DNA of 64,000 bases from Lama glama. Lineage: Eukaryota. Position 1 is the first letter of the stretch, and every line of letters starts with the position of its first letter. Location: the NCBI GenBank assembly GCA_028534125.1, contig CM052816.1, positions 18,106,001 through 18,170,000 of the forward strand, given 5' to 3'. The translations under genes were made by a program, and so were the position numbers. The notes below the pieces were generated by a model, which was given only the letters and a program-made list of their open reading frames with translations, did not search any database and was not told the DNA's origin. This document shows positions 1 through 11,896 of this stretch, in pieces.

Positions 1-431
1 ACTGAACTCTGCCCACCCAGAATTCTTACGTTAAAGCCTTAATCCATCCATGTGACTGTATTTGGAGATGGGGCCTACAACGAGGTAATTAAGGTTAAAT
101 GAAGTCATAAGGGTGGGAACTTGACACAAGAGGATTGGCATCCTTCTAAGAGGAAGAGACACCAGAGCACTCTCTTTTTTCCTTCTGTCTGTACTCTGGC
201 CTCTCCACCCCACCCCCGTTCTCTCCTGTCCTCTCTCTGTCACTCTCTCTCCAACATGTGAGTGCACAGTGAGGAGGTGACCATCTAAAAGCCAGAAAGA
301 GCCCTCACCAGAACCGACCATTTTGGCACCCTGATCTCAGACTTCCAGCCTCCAGAACTCTTAGAAAATAAATTTCTGTTGTTCAAGCCACCTAGTCTAT
401 GGTTTTTGTTATGGCAGCTTGAGCTAAGACA
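1..431 (+). mobile_element. MaLR solo LTR, MLT1A/MLT1A0-like (5' end at the window edge)
   Basis: Diagnostic MLT1A motifs 'atgtgactgtatttggagatggggcct', 'ggcaccctgatctcagacttccagcctccagaac' and 'aataaatttctgttgttcaagccacctagtctatgg'; terminus 'ctaagaca'. Confidence 0.9.
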
Positions 432-1427
432 CTCATAAAACCACCACTATAGTCACGATACAGAACAATTTCACCCCAACCCCCAATTTTTTATTCTTTT
501 TACAAAAGACTGAAAAACTTAAAACTTGAGACTAGGAAAAGATGTCTGCTGTAGGGAAAAAAAACAAAACAAAAACACACAATCCTTTCCAAAATGCCCC
601 TTGAATTATTTTGTTGCCTGTAATGTCATAATGCCAAATTTTAATGATGAAAAAAGCCTTTATGCAATTAAGGTGGAGAATTGACAATAATTCAGCCCTG
701 AGTATCCAATTATGCTGGGCACAGTCCCCAGCTCTGAACTGGTTCTGGTAACCCACGTATTTTCCAGCTAAGGCGTGATAGCTGTTTATCAAAAGCAGCA
801 AGTTATCTGAATATAGAAAATTCCAGAATGTTGAAAAGAAATCCTTTGATGCTTTCTGGTCTCTTCCTTCCCTAACTTCTCAGGAGTCAAATTCCCTTCT
901 CCTCTGGAAACACCTTCTCAATCCTTGACACTCCTCCCTCAGTCCTTCCCGGGCAGTGTCAGCACAGCTTCCCCAAGGGGAAGGGCCTCCTGTGGTTCCC
1001 TACTGTGTCCCGGCCAGACGGTGTCCAGCAAGAGGTGCCGCAGAGGAAATGTTTGTGGAACGCATCCCAGATTAAATTAAGTGAAAAGGAGGTGACCAAA
1101 GGAATGGCAGCCATGTGAGGCTGTAAATCTTGATGTTTAATGCATATTAAGACAGCCTAGAATGTCATCTAGTAAATTGTCTTTTGATTTTTATGAGATC
1201 TCTGGGCAAGCAGGGCTGGCAGAGAAGAGAAATTATTCTAACCGCCTAGAGGAAATGGCCTGACTGCTGCATCACAGAATCAAAGGCCCCTCTCTAGTAG
1301 AATCCACACTTACAGCTCCAGCTCCCATCTGCCCTGTATGTACTTGATGGTCCAGATACTATGACTGAGTATTAGAATTTAAATCTATGTGTGTTTTGTC
1401 TCTACTTTTCCCTATGTTGTTGCCCTT

Positions 1428-1858
1428 TGTAGAGTCAAACTAAAACGGAGTCACTTATGTCAGGAATAAAATGCAGTTGGCCAACGCAAGCACATTAAAG
1501 AAAATTAAACTTAACCTTACCTAATGTAAGTTGTAGGAATTTACAGCTCTCCTCAGAGATCAGTAGAGGACGCCAGCCAATTCACAAGCGCCAACTCTGT
1601 TCACACCACGTCGGGACTTCCCTGCTCCCCGACTCAGCTACTGATCCAAATAAGACCACCAGGCAACCAATCTGCTGAAAAAGCAAAAACTGGCATTTAC
1701 CCATGAAAATCCCTTACTCTGTGAGCAACTCAGAACTCACTGCCCCCACAGCCCTGAGCTTCCTAGCTTGTGGGTCGAAACCCTCGCAAAACAAACACAC
1801 ACACACCTCACCTTTCTGCCTTGTTTCACTCGGAGTTTGGTTTTTAATACTTTTCACA
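1428..1858 (+). mobile_element. ERV1-class solo LTR (subfamily not assigned)
   Basis: Bounded by TG...CA. 5' 'tgtagagtcaaactaaaacggagtcacttatgtc' resembles the 'aaaatggagtcacttatg' start of old ERV1 LTRs. Has CCAAT boxes near 1577 and 1667 and a U5-like T-rich end 'gtttggtttttaatacttttcaca'. No clear TSD. Confidence 0.65.
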
Positions 1859-1884
1859 TATGCGCTTCCCACTTTGCATGTGGT

Positions 1885-2132
1885 GGCCTCCGACTAAAGT
1901 CTTCAAATCCAAGCTCAAAGCCTCCTTTCCTTGAGAGCCTCCCTCCTCGGCGTCCCGCTCTCGCAGCGCGTTGCTGCGTGTCCGCCATGGTCTCTCCCGC
2001 GTCGCTTCCACTAGCCGCCTCTTGTTTGCCTTTCACGAGCCCCCTGAAGGGTGCTACGGAGTCTCAATCATCTTGTAAACCCATGGCCTAATCCAGGGCT
2101 ATGTACGTAAAGCCTCTCAATAAACACTTGTA
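1885..2132 (+). mobile_element. L2 3' end remnant, unusually CpG-rich
   Basis: L2 tail-like motifs 'ttcaaatccaagctcaaagcctcctttcc', 'cctgaagggtgctacggagtctc...atcttgtaaaccc' and 'ctcaataaacacttgt'. Confidence 0.6.
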
Positions 2133-2209
2133 GAGTCTGACTGTCCGATAAGCCCTCTCACTCTCCCTCCCAGATGGAGAGAGGGCGGAAGAGGCAGCTC
2201 CGTGGTGGG

Positions 2210-2965
2210 AGGGGCCTGGGCTGCGTCCTGGGTTTAAGTTCCGGTTCATCGTTTATCACCTTCTGTATTCAATTTCCATGGCTGTGGAACCAATTAACAC
2301 AAGCTGAGCCGTTTTAAACAACACCTGTTTATTATCTCCTGATTTCTGTAGGCCTCAAATCCAGGCCCAGCTGAGTTGGTTCTCTGCTCAGTGTTTACAA
2401 GGTTGCAATCAAGGTGAGAGCTGCACTGAGTTCCTTTCTGGGCTCAGGGCTTTCAGGCACGCGAGGTTGTTGGCAGAATTCAGTTTCTTGCAGCTGTAGG
2501 GTGGAGGCCCCTAAGGCCGCCTGCATTCCTTCTCACGTGGCCTTCAGCTTCAAAGCCAGCAAGGGAGAGTGTCCTCCATGTCAACCTCTCTCACTTTTCC
2601 AATCTCTGCCTTCCTCTGTCTCCAACCTCTCTGCATAGATTTAAAGGATCACGTGATTAGTCAGACCCGCCTGGATGTTTTCCCTTTAGATTAACTCAAG
2701 GTCAGCTGGTAAGTAACCTTAATTACATGTGCACAATCTTTCTGCCACATAACATGACGGAATTAGGAGCGCTATCCCATCATATCTACAGGTTCTGCCT
2801 ACACTCAAGGGGAGGAATTATACAACGGCAAGATTCAGTGGGTTTATCTTAGAAATCTACTTCACCCCAGGGCTTCAGGCTACATTACAGTTTCCTTAAT
2901 TGAAAAATGAATAAACTAACCTCCCAGACTTGTGGTGAAGACTAAACTAAATTAAATACAAGAAA
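2210..2965 (+). mobile_element. MIR split by the MLT1E insertion (pieces ~2210-2263 and ~2870-2965)
   Basis: 'cctgggtttaagttccggttc' before the LTR and 'cagtttccttaattgaaaaatg...acctcccagacttgtggtgaagactaaa' after it are consecutive MIR segments. Confidence 0.55.
2264..2868 (-). mobile_element. MaLR solo LTR, MLT1E-like
   Basis: 'ttaaacaacacctgtttattatctc', 'gttgttggcagaattcagtttcttgcagctgtagg', 'gattaactcaaggtcagctg' and 'cacactcaaggggagg'-like motifs are typical of antisense MLT1E. Confidence 0.85.
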
Positions 2966-3954
2966 CAGCCATTTAGTTACTGTAGGTCTCTTCTCCCTGT
3001 TTTTTCTGGGCTGTCTGTCTCTTAACTGTTCTCAGGTTATCTAGAGAACAGATACCAGCTGGACAGTATGCCTATGAAACAACTCTATGAGATGTTTAAT
3101 AACAAATGCAGACTTGAAAAAAAAGATTAACTGATAATGTCCAGTGGTCTGAGTTTTGGAGGGTAGTGATAGCTGAGATCATCCAGAATTAGACCATGCC
3201 CCAAGTGAAGATGATTTTATAAAGACAAATCCAAGCTCCTCAAGGAGGTTATTTTATAAAAGGCTTAGACCGTCATTTGTCTTAATAAAACAAAAACATT
3301 TGTCCATGGCATTTGAGTTTTAATAAGTTAGATGCTATGATAAAGAAAACCTATGACACTGGGTTTTAAGAAACTAGATGCTCTGAGCCCAGAGAAAAGG
3401 ATGCTATCAGCTTTCAGGATACAGCTGATATAGGACAATGCAGAGCTGGTCCTCTCAGCTCTCTATCTCAGTCAGTCCTTGCTGCAGGCATCTTCTGCTT
3501 GTGCTGACTCCCTGCCCAGCTGCCTAGAGACCTTCACAGTGGTGTCCCACCTGGGCAAGTTCTCCTCCAGACTTTTCTGATTCTTCTCCACAAAGTCCAT
3601 CACTCCCAGGTTCTACCACTTCAGTGCCTCACTGGGTACCCACATAATCAGGCACAGGAAGAGCAGCAATGTCAGCCAATGGGAACGGCTGAATACAACA
3701 GCCTCTTCCTGGTTACATCTGCACTCAACAGAGGCCTTCAGTATTATTCAGCCAAAGAAGACTTCCTTTCCTCTCAGGGTGGGAAGGTAGACCCCTCCGC
3801 TTCCCCAAGCGCACAGAACCACAGCTCTCCCCCACTGGAGTGGAAACCTACTGCTTACAGAGCTCCACAAGTGGTAAAGGGCACACCAGTGGCCAGGTCC
3901 CATCACTCCAAACCCTGTGAGCCCTAAATACAGAATAACTTGCAGTCCCTCACA

Positions 3955-4235
3955 TGGGTCGTGTGCTTTCTTACCCAAAGTGAATAGTCCTTATGCTTCA
4001 CCTGGCTCATTTCTACTCAGTCTTCAGGATTTGACTTAGGAGTCACCTGCTCCAGAACGCACTTCCCCGCTGCAAGTCAAGGATTGGTCCCCCTCCTTAT
4101 GCTTGCACGGCCCCATCACAGTATCTACCACATTGGTGGTGAGACTGCCATATAGGTGGGCTGGCCTGTCGCTCCCAGTAGTTGGCGAACCCACTGACTC
4201 TCCAGTAGTGAACCTGAAATTTGCTTAACATTCAA
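3955..4235 (+). mobile_element. L2 3' fragment
   Basis: 'cacctggctcatttctactcagtcttcagg...ttaggagtcacctgctccag' and 'ccatcacagtatctaccaca'. Confidence 0.6.
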
Positions 4236-5204
4236 AAAACTTTGAGGAAGGAAGGGAGAAAGGAAAAAAGGAAAAGGAAAGGAAGGATGACCATGAGGAT
4301 GTCAGACTGATGGGGACATCAGACTAACCGGGGCTTGAGGCAAAGCAGTTGGTTGGGGAACATGGGGGAGTGATGAGGCCTTCGTGAAGGAGGAGCACCT
4401 TATATCAGCATTTCAGTCAGGCGTCAAGGGCAGGCATCCAGTCCTGGCCAAGAGGCTCTGCCACGTACTCACTCTGAGATCCTAGATAAGTCTTTCCCCC
4501 AGAAAAGTCTCAGCTTCCTCCTTGACTCATGTGTGGTGTAGCTGGATTATCTGGCTTCAGCAATCTATGAGGAGAAGTTTGCTGAGAGTGGTGATGCCCC
4601 GAGCCACCAGATACTAAGCATCCTCTCTGCCCAAAGCCTAGTCCTGAGTTTCCTGCTTCTTTGTCTGAGGAAGCTTGTGATTGGGTCGATGAATGAGCTT
4701 CCCAAACCTGAAATTTCACCAATTAAGCCTGAAACTCACTGCAGCCCTTAAGCGGCCAAAACCAACCATAGCAAATGAAAACTGACTGGGAATGATCAGG
4801 AGATGTTTTATGGGTCAGATCTATCAGTTTCTCCTTAATCTGTTCCATCAGCAGCAATGATGCAGGATTCTCAGGGGAGGAGTCCAAGAGCAATGGAGAG
4901 GCGTCCATGCTGGTCTCACTTAGCAGCGTCTGACTCAGTGAATTGGTCCTCATCTGGTGCAAATGCCAAAGTAGGGCAGTTTTGGGGCAGAACATGGGTT
5001 GTCAGGGTTCCATCAAGCCAGGGAAGGAGTGTAGCTGGCCCACCCTCTGGTCTGACATCCCTCGGAGAAGAAGCGCTGCAACAAAGCAAGTGGTTCAATT
5101 CATGGAGCTGAAAATGCCTAGTAAAAGGGAGTGAGAAAGTAAGCTGGGGGACAGGCTCTCAGATTATGTCATTCACTTTTGCAAATGTTAGTTATAAAAC
5201 ATAG

Positions 5205-5452
5205 ATAAAACACGGGAAAATGTTTTTAAGATAGTGCTAAATGAAAAAGCAAGCTGTAGATTTGTATTTGTAGTGTGGTTATAATTAGGCAAATGAACAA
5301 AAGCAAAATTCACAGAAAACTCTGTATAAAGACAAACAATAGCATAGAGATCTCTGGCAGGTAGAATGATTATCCTTCAAAAATTCTATTTTCTCCACTT
5401 TTCTGACTTTCCTGAAAAGTGCCTATATTTTATGTTGCTATGATTAAAAATA
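5205..5452 (+). mobile_element. Old L1 (L1ME-like) 3' UTR fragment
   Basis: 'gggaaaatgtttttaagatagtgctaaatgaaaaagcaagctgtag' followed by a T-rich end and an A-rich tail. Confidence 0.55.
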
Positions 5453-5488
5453 ATCATCTGACAAAGGGTTCTTCAAGGCCATTTGCTT

Positions 5489-5640
5489 CAGTGGCTGCCA
5501 AGCATGGTTCTTCTGGGTGCCCAGCAGCTGCTCCAGCATCTCCAGGGAAGCTCATTAAATATGCAAGGGTCTAAACCACACCTCTAGAAATCCTGACGAG
5601 GCAAGCCTGGCATTCGAGCAGGAATCTGCATTCATTAAGT
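5489..5640. mobile_element. MER5-like hAT-Charlie MITE
   Basis: 'cagtggctgccaag...cagcatctccagggaagctcattaaatatgca...aggaatctgcattcattaag'. Confidence 0.6.
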
Positions 5641-5704
5641 TAAAACTAAAAAGCTGGCCAGGTTATTCCAAAGTGGACCCAGAGCTGTAGGTTCTAGTGC
5701 AGCT

Positions 5705-5795
5705 TGTCTTTGCCGAATGAGGAAACAGGCCCCAGAGAGAGGAGTCACCTGCCAGGTACATGACAGAAACAGGACTGGAGCTCAGTACCCATTCT
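5705..5795 (-). mobile_element. MIR core fragment
   Basis: 'atgaggaaacaggcccagagagaggagtcacctgcc'-type core. Confidence 0.65.
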
Positions 5796-6717
5796 GGTGG
5801 AGCACAGTGGACTGGGTAATTAGACACAGATTGTGAGATATGAGAACTCCGTGCTCCTTCTGTGTTTCTTGGCATTGTATGATGTGGCTCCAAAGGCAGA
5901 CCTTTCTGGAATGGCCTGACTGGTGAGACTGCTTAAGAATGCTTACTGGAGTAAACATGCTCTTCTTGTGACTTTTTACGAACAAAGGCACCCGGCCCTC
6001 GGGATTGGAAATGTTGATATGGAGGATCTGGATAAAAGGGCTCTGGTTCTGCCCTCTTTCCCTAAGGGCTAGCATTATAATGTCTGTTGATTTTGGCCTT
6101 CAAGGCAGAAAGTAGAATTGCTCATGCTCCTTTGATATGCAAGGTTGCTGTGTCTAAATGGGATGCCAGAAGGGCAGGCTGGCCCCAGTCTTCTGGCCAG
6201 AACTCCGCTCCTTCAGGGGCTAACCTTCAGCCTGGGAGAGAAGCAGAAAGGGCAGGAGTGGGGAGAGACGGCCTCAGAGATGCAGCAGCAGTCAGAGCTG
6301 CCGACTCAGTTCTGCACATGCTCCTAATAATTACACCACATGCCATTCAGCCAGGGCCTTTCTAGCAGGGGCCATCAAAGCTGCCTCCTTCCTTATATAT
6401 TTCTCATTAAATGATGTCCTCTGAGGTGACAGGTGTCAAACTACATTGTTCTGCCTCCTGTGAACACAACTGCAACTGGATGGAGCTGTCTTCTCACCTC
6501 CTGCAGCATAAGCAGCCCCTGCCTCACTGTGTGGAGATCAGGGGGTTTGGAAAACAGCTGGTGTCCCAGCCAGAGTCTCACTCATGTGACTTCAAAGGAA
6601 AAAAAGAGTTTATCGTTGGGATATCCAGGGTCTGGAGCAGGGCTGGAGAAAGTCAGGAAGCAGGCAGTTCTAGGTGCCAGAAAGAACAATGATAATGATA
6701 ACAATAATAATAGCTAA

Positions 6718-7191
6718 TGTGGGAAGACAGGGTTTCCTCTCATCCTCCCCCGACCTCCCTGAGGAAGAGGGTGTCTGTGTTAAGACAGTAAAAAGACAGA
6801 AGTTTTGCTGAAAGGATCCCAGTCCCCAAGTGGCATCCACACTGCAGCATCTAAAGACCCACTGTAGGCAACCAGAGGAGGGTCAAAATGACCACAGAGC
6901 ATTTGCAGTCCTTCTCTTGAATGGAGATGAGAGTCCTGAGAAGAGGACTGAGGCTTGGCTCAAGAGCATAAGAAGAAAGACTCAAGGGCAGGGTGACTGG
7001 AAAACACAGGGAGAGAGGAGTCTCCTGGGCAGACCTCCAAGACAGACTTTATATCGCAAGTGGATCAGGGGGAAGGTCAAGAAATATTTTGCACCACCAT
7101 CCAAATTCAGTGTGCTTCATCTATGTTTCTTTTTGGTGATGGGGTACCTACCTGTCATTTTTGACCTTACAGGTAAACTGAGGGGGTTACA
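6718..7191 (+). mobile_element. Putative ancient LTR, family unassigned
   Basis: About 470 bp starting 'tgtgggaag' and ending 'gggggttaca', purine-rich inside. No TSD seen. Confidence 0.35.
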
Positions 7192-7486
7192 TAATACCAT
7201 TTAAGCACCTAATCTTTTAACATTTGCTTAAAATTGGTTCAAGTTCCAAACCTAAGTGTACTAGTAAACTTACAACCTCCACCACCACCTCTACCATCAC
7301 TACCAATTCATATGGAAATTCCTGGAAAGCACTGCACTGCACTGCACCTGGACACCTACTTAAACCCTCTTCCTTTCTCTAAGTTAACTATCAAATTCTG
7401 GCATCTCACAGCATGAACCATCAATCCCCTGCACATCAGTCTTCCCTCAAACACCACCAACACACCAAGATCTGCATACTCTACAT

Positions 7487-8437
7487 TTTTAAAATTAATA
7501 GACTTTATGTTTGTTTCACAAAAAAAATTGGGCAGATAATAGAGTTCCCATATTCCCCCTCCTCCCTATACATCTTAGATGAATGGGCTACATTTGTTAC
7601 GATTAATTAACATATACTGATACGTTATATGAAATCATTTATATTTATGCTATGAACTAGTTTTCACCATGGTTCACTCTTTGGGTTGTACAGCTCTATG
7701 GGTTTTGACAAATGCATGATATCATGTATTGACCATTGTAGTATTGTATTAGTCAGGGTTCAACAGAACCAATAAAAGATATTTTTACTTGTATTGTTTT
7801 ATTTATATTATTAAGTATTACTTAAAATGGTCAATGTTAGTATTAATTAAAATGTTAACCAAAGGGAGTTGGTTCATGCAATTATGGAGACTGACAAGTC
7901 CTGAGATCTTCAGCTAGTGAGCTTGAGACTGGAGAGTTGATGGCATAGTTCCAGTCTGATTCCAAAGGCCTCCAGGATCAAGACTCAAGAGCAGATGTTT
8001 CAGTTTAAGTCTAGAGGCAGGAAAAAACTGATATCCCAGTTCAAGGAAGTCAGGCAGGAGAAAATTCCCTCCACTCAAGGGACAATTGGCTTTTTTGTTC
8101 TATTCAGCCCTTCAACTGATTGGAAGAGGCCCACCCACCTTAGGGAGGGCATCTGCTTTTCTCAGTCTACCCAAGTCAATTGTTAATCCCATGCAAACAG
8201 CTTCACAGACGTACTCAGAGTATCTGACCAAATATCTGGGCATCCCATTGCCTAGCTGAATTGTCACATACAATTAACACTCAAAATATTGTACAGAATA
8301 GTTTCACCAACCTAAGAAGCCCTTGTGCATGAACTATTCATACATCTCCTCTCCTCTGGCCCCTGGTAACCACTGATCTGTTTACCATCTCTGTAGTCTT
8401 GACTTTTCCAGAATGTCTTTTAGTTAGAATCATACAA
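7487..8437 (-). mobile_element. L1MC-type 3' UTR (interrupted by MLT2 at 7745-8284)
   Basis: 'ggttcactctttgggttgtacagctctatgggttttgacaaatgcat' continues after the LTR as 'tacagaatagtttcacc...cccctggtaaccactgatctgtttaccatctctgtag...ttttccagaatgtc'. Confidence 0.85.
7745..8284 (-). mobile_element. ERVL solo LTR, MLT2 (MLT2B/C-like)
   Basis: Starts 'tgtattagtcagggttc', contains 'ccttcaactgattggaagaggcccacccac' and ends 'tgtcacatacaattaacactca'. Probable 5-bp TSD agtat (7740-7744) / aatat (8285-8289). Confidence 0.9.
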
Positions 8438-8439
8438 TA

Positions 8440-8970
8440 ATCATATAGAGGACCCATAGACAGGGAGAAAACATTTGCAAAACACATATGATAAAGGACG
8501 TGAATCCAAAATATACAAAACCCAACATTATGAACACAAATAATCCAATTGAAAAAGTGCAAAATAATCTGATGAAGACACCTTACCAAAGAAGATGCAA
8601 ATAGGCACAGGAAAAGATGCTCAACATCATATTTCCCAAGGGAACTGCAAATGAAAACAATAATGAACATCTATTAGAATGGTTAAAATCCAAAAAACTG
8701 ACAGCACCAATTGCTAATGAAAAGCAACAAGAATGCATTCAGTGTTGGTGGGAATACAAAAGGTCTAGCCATTTGGGAAGACAGTTTGGCCATTTCTTAC
8801 AGAACTAAACATAAGACACAGCAGTGCTGTTCCTAGGTATTTACCCCATTGTATTCAAAACATAGGTCCACACAAAAACCTGCACGTGGATGTTTATGGC
8901 AGCTTCATTCATAATCACAAAGCTGGGAACAATCAAGATGCCTTCAGCAGGTGGACGGATAAACAAACCA
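8440..8970 (+). mobile_element. L1MC-type ORF2 end, inverted relative to the adjacent 3' UTR piece
   Basis: 'gggagaaaacatttgcaaaacacatatgataaagg', 'gaaaagatgctcaacatcat' and 'gtccacacaaaaacctgcacgtggatgtttatggcagc'. Confidence 0.85.
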
Positions 8971-10581
8971 AAGTAGCACAGGGAGGAGGGAGAGAAGGGG
9001 ATGAATTTGTGAGGTCTCTACTACTACAAAAAGGGCCAAAGCCACACCTGAGCCCGCAGGTCAGTGGTATCACTGGAATCCAAAGGATTGTCTGTCCTAT
9101 TAGAAAGCTGAGCACAGTCAGTCCATGTCTGGAAAGCATGTGGCACTTCTTGGAAAGCAGCAGGTGCAGAATACATGTTAGTTTGCTGTCCCTTTCCATG
9201 TATTCCATAAATCAGAGGGAGGGGCTTGCTGCCTTCCTGAGGTGATGTCTGGGCCTCACTTGCTTCTTGTTCTGAATCTTACCTTCCCATCTGCAGCAGG
9301 ATGGTGGGATAGCCAAAGCTGACTTGCAAGGTACCAAAGACCCATCTCTCAGTTCAGCTTAGCTCACTCAACACTTCTTGATACCTGCTGTGTCACCAAG
9401 ACCAGTCTCAGAGTATCTTTCCTGCTGGCCAGAGTCACACTTTGGATTTTTAGGACCTTAAATGTGGGCTGCATTGAAGTGAACTAAAGGGCCCTGCTGA
9501 ATACAACTTTGTGATTGAGCAGAAGTGAGATATTAGTACCCACTGACAAGAACCAGGAGGAATCAGGGTTCAGGTTTCAGAGAAGATGCAATGGAGGCAT
9601 TAGGATTTGGCAATAGAAAGGTCTAGAGCTCAAAGGTGGGATGTGCAAATCTGGGGCTGGAGGGCCCCATGGATCTAGAGGTAACGCATCGGCTTCAAAC
9701 AGACTGGATTTCTGGAACCTGACTGGTTCTCTGCTAACATGTACGTTGCTTGCACTCAGGAGACTCTGAAAGAACATTTATCTTGATAACTTTAAGGGAC
9801 TAGCAGGGGACTTTCTCAGTATTACCAAAGCAATTCAACGCAGGTCTTGGTCAAGGACTCAAGAGTCTACTCTTCACCCAGCGGTCTTTCAGCTAGACTG
9901 TGAGACTGCTTCAGCCCTCACTTCTGGGGATGTAAGTAATCTCTCAACTGGCCTTTGAGGATGTGATGGAGGAATGAAAACTGCCTTGAGATGAGAAGAG
10001 TAAGAGAACTGTGAGACATGAACTTGGTGATAGAAGAAAGACACCGTGTTTGAGTCAGAGACAGGAAAGTCTAGAACCCTGGGGGAAGCAGCAGGGTCGC
10101 TGGGGTGGAGAGCAAGCAGTGCCCAAAGAGCCTTAGGGAGTCACTCAGGGAACCAGCAGGGAGGCCGGCCTTAAAGGCACAGGTGCAGATGCAGGGGGCC
10201 ACCATGGCCTGACTTTCTAGTTTGGTCAAGCACTTCATTTCTAGAGACAGACAGCTTGAGGCTTCAGTGAGGCATTATCATACATCAGCTCAGGTTAGGT
10301 GTTTTGCTTTCCATCCTGGCCAAAACTGATTTTATATTTCTCTGATGTAAATTAGGTGGGAGTACTCTGGGAAGCAAATTCTGTCTTCCAAGTTCAGTTT
10401 TCAACATTCATAATATATTAGTTTATGCCACTGGTAGATCTAACATGACTGGCTGAGTATGAATCACCATAAAATTGATAAAACAAGTTATTTGCCCTGA
10501 AAGAGGAAAGAAGATCAAGAAGCCAAAAGCCAACTTATAATTCACTGAGTTGATCTGTTTATACAGTTATATCTACTAGGA

Positions 10582-10632
10582 GATACAGACAGACTGACAG
10601 ACAGACAGATAGGTAGATAGATAGATATATAT
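10582..10632. repeat. Compound (CAGA)n/(GATA)n microsatellite
   Basis: 'acagacagactgacagacagacagataggtagatagatagatatatat'. Confidence 0.9.
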
Positions 10633-11199
10633 GGATGAATTGTAGGATAATAAGGTCCTTGGAAGAAATACTGCATGTAGCTCTCTATGGAAAGACCTAT
10701 TTCTCAATCAGCTATGATAGCTTGTCTAAATCATACTAACTCACTGGGAACTTCTTCTAAGCAGTCATATATCCCAAGATAAACAACAGATTATCAGAAG
10801 TGAGGTTAGTGGTCACAGTGTAGATCAAAGACAACCTAATGAAAAGTGCAGGTCATTGACCCAAACCAGTAAGAGTTCCTTTTGTAAACAAGCAAGTGCC
10901 CTCCTCTCTCTGATCTGCTTGCTTCTCCTCGCAACTGAGCAGATGGAGAAGGTGCAGGGAGAAAAGTCAGTTTCAGCTCTTATCCCTCCTCCAGGGATTT
11001 GACAACAGCTACCTGGAAGTGAATGCAGACATTACTTCCAAAATTGATGACAAACTGTCCTGATCAACTATGGCTATGACTAGGGCTATGATTAGAAGAA
11101 AATACATTTGACTTTCCTGGATTGCATAATCTTTTTGGGGTCAGCCTTATGATCTCAGCATAGAAGGTGAATTTGCTATTTATGGACTTGGTGAGTTAC

Positions 11200-11385
11200 A
11201 CAAACCTAGGGTGGAATTCTGGCTTCTTACCAGTTGTGTGTCTATCTCAATTTTCTGACCCCTATAAAGCAGGAATGATAATTGCACCTACTCCATAGGG
11301 CTATTATATAAATGAGACACTAACTGTAAAGTGCCTTACCACATTATAAATGCTCAAAATTCCTATCTGCTATTATTCTTGATGC
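11200..11385 (+). mobile_element. MIR
   Basis: 'ctcaattttctgacccctataaagcaggaatgataattgcacctactccatagggctatt...gtaaagtgcctta'. Confidence 0.7.
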
Positions 11386-11464
11386 TATTAATGATGATAA
11401 TATTATGTATGTTAACATCAATGCACTCTCCCCCAACTTCTTTTCAAAACACATCACCAGGGCT

Positions 11465-11760
11465 GCCTCCACCATGCTGCGCACGAGGCTAAGCACTGGG
11501 ATATAGCGATGCCTTCAAGTGCCTTGTGAAAGTGAGGGAGCCCAAAATCTCAGTGAGTGATTTCCAAAAGAGCTTTAGGAGGGGCTGCAGGGGGTACAGT
11601 GACGAATCAAAGGAAGGGAAGAGAAGTCAGCTTTGCCCTGGAGATCCGGAGACACTACATGGAGAAGCAATTGCAGCCTTGAAGGGTGAGATCACCACAT
11701 GTGTAAGGAAGAAACACATTTTAGCCTGAGGTGACAGCAAAGGTCAGCCAGTCTGGCGCC
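11465..11760 (-). mobile_element. L2 fragment
   Basis: 'tgcgcacgaggctaagcactgggatatagcgatgccttcaag' and 'gcagccttgaagggtgag...tgaggtgacagcaaagg'. Confidence 0.6.
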
Positions 11761-11896
11761 TTGCTTTGGTCCCAGAGGGGTGCCTGAGTCAGGAATCTGG
11801 TAGCAAGACTTCCATGGTGGGCCATGGAATAAACATGAAGAAGATGAAATTATTTATCAGTGACCCCATCATGCCATCCACGCCCTCTGCTCCTTC

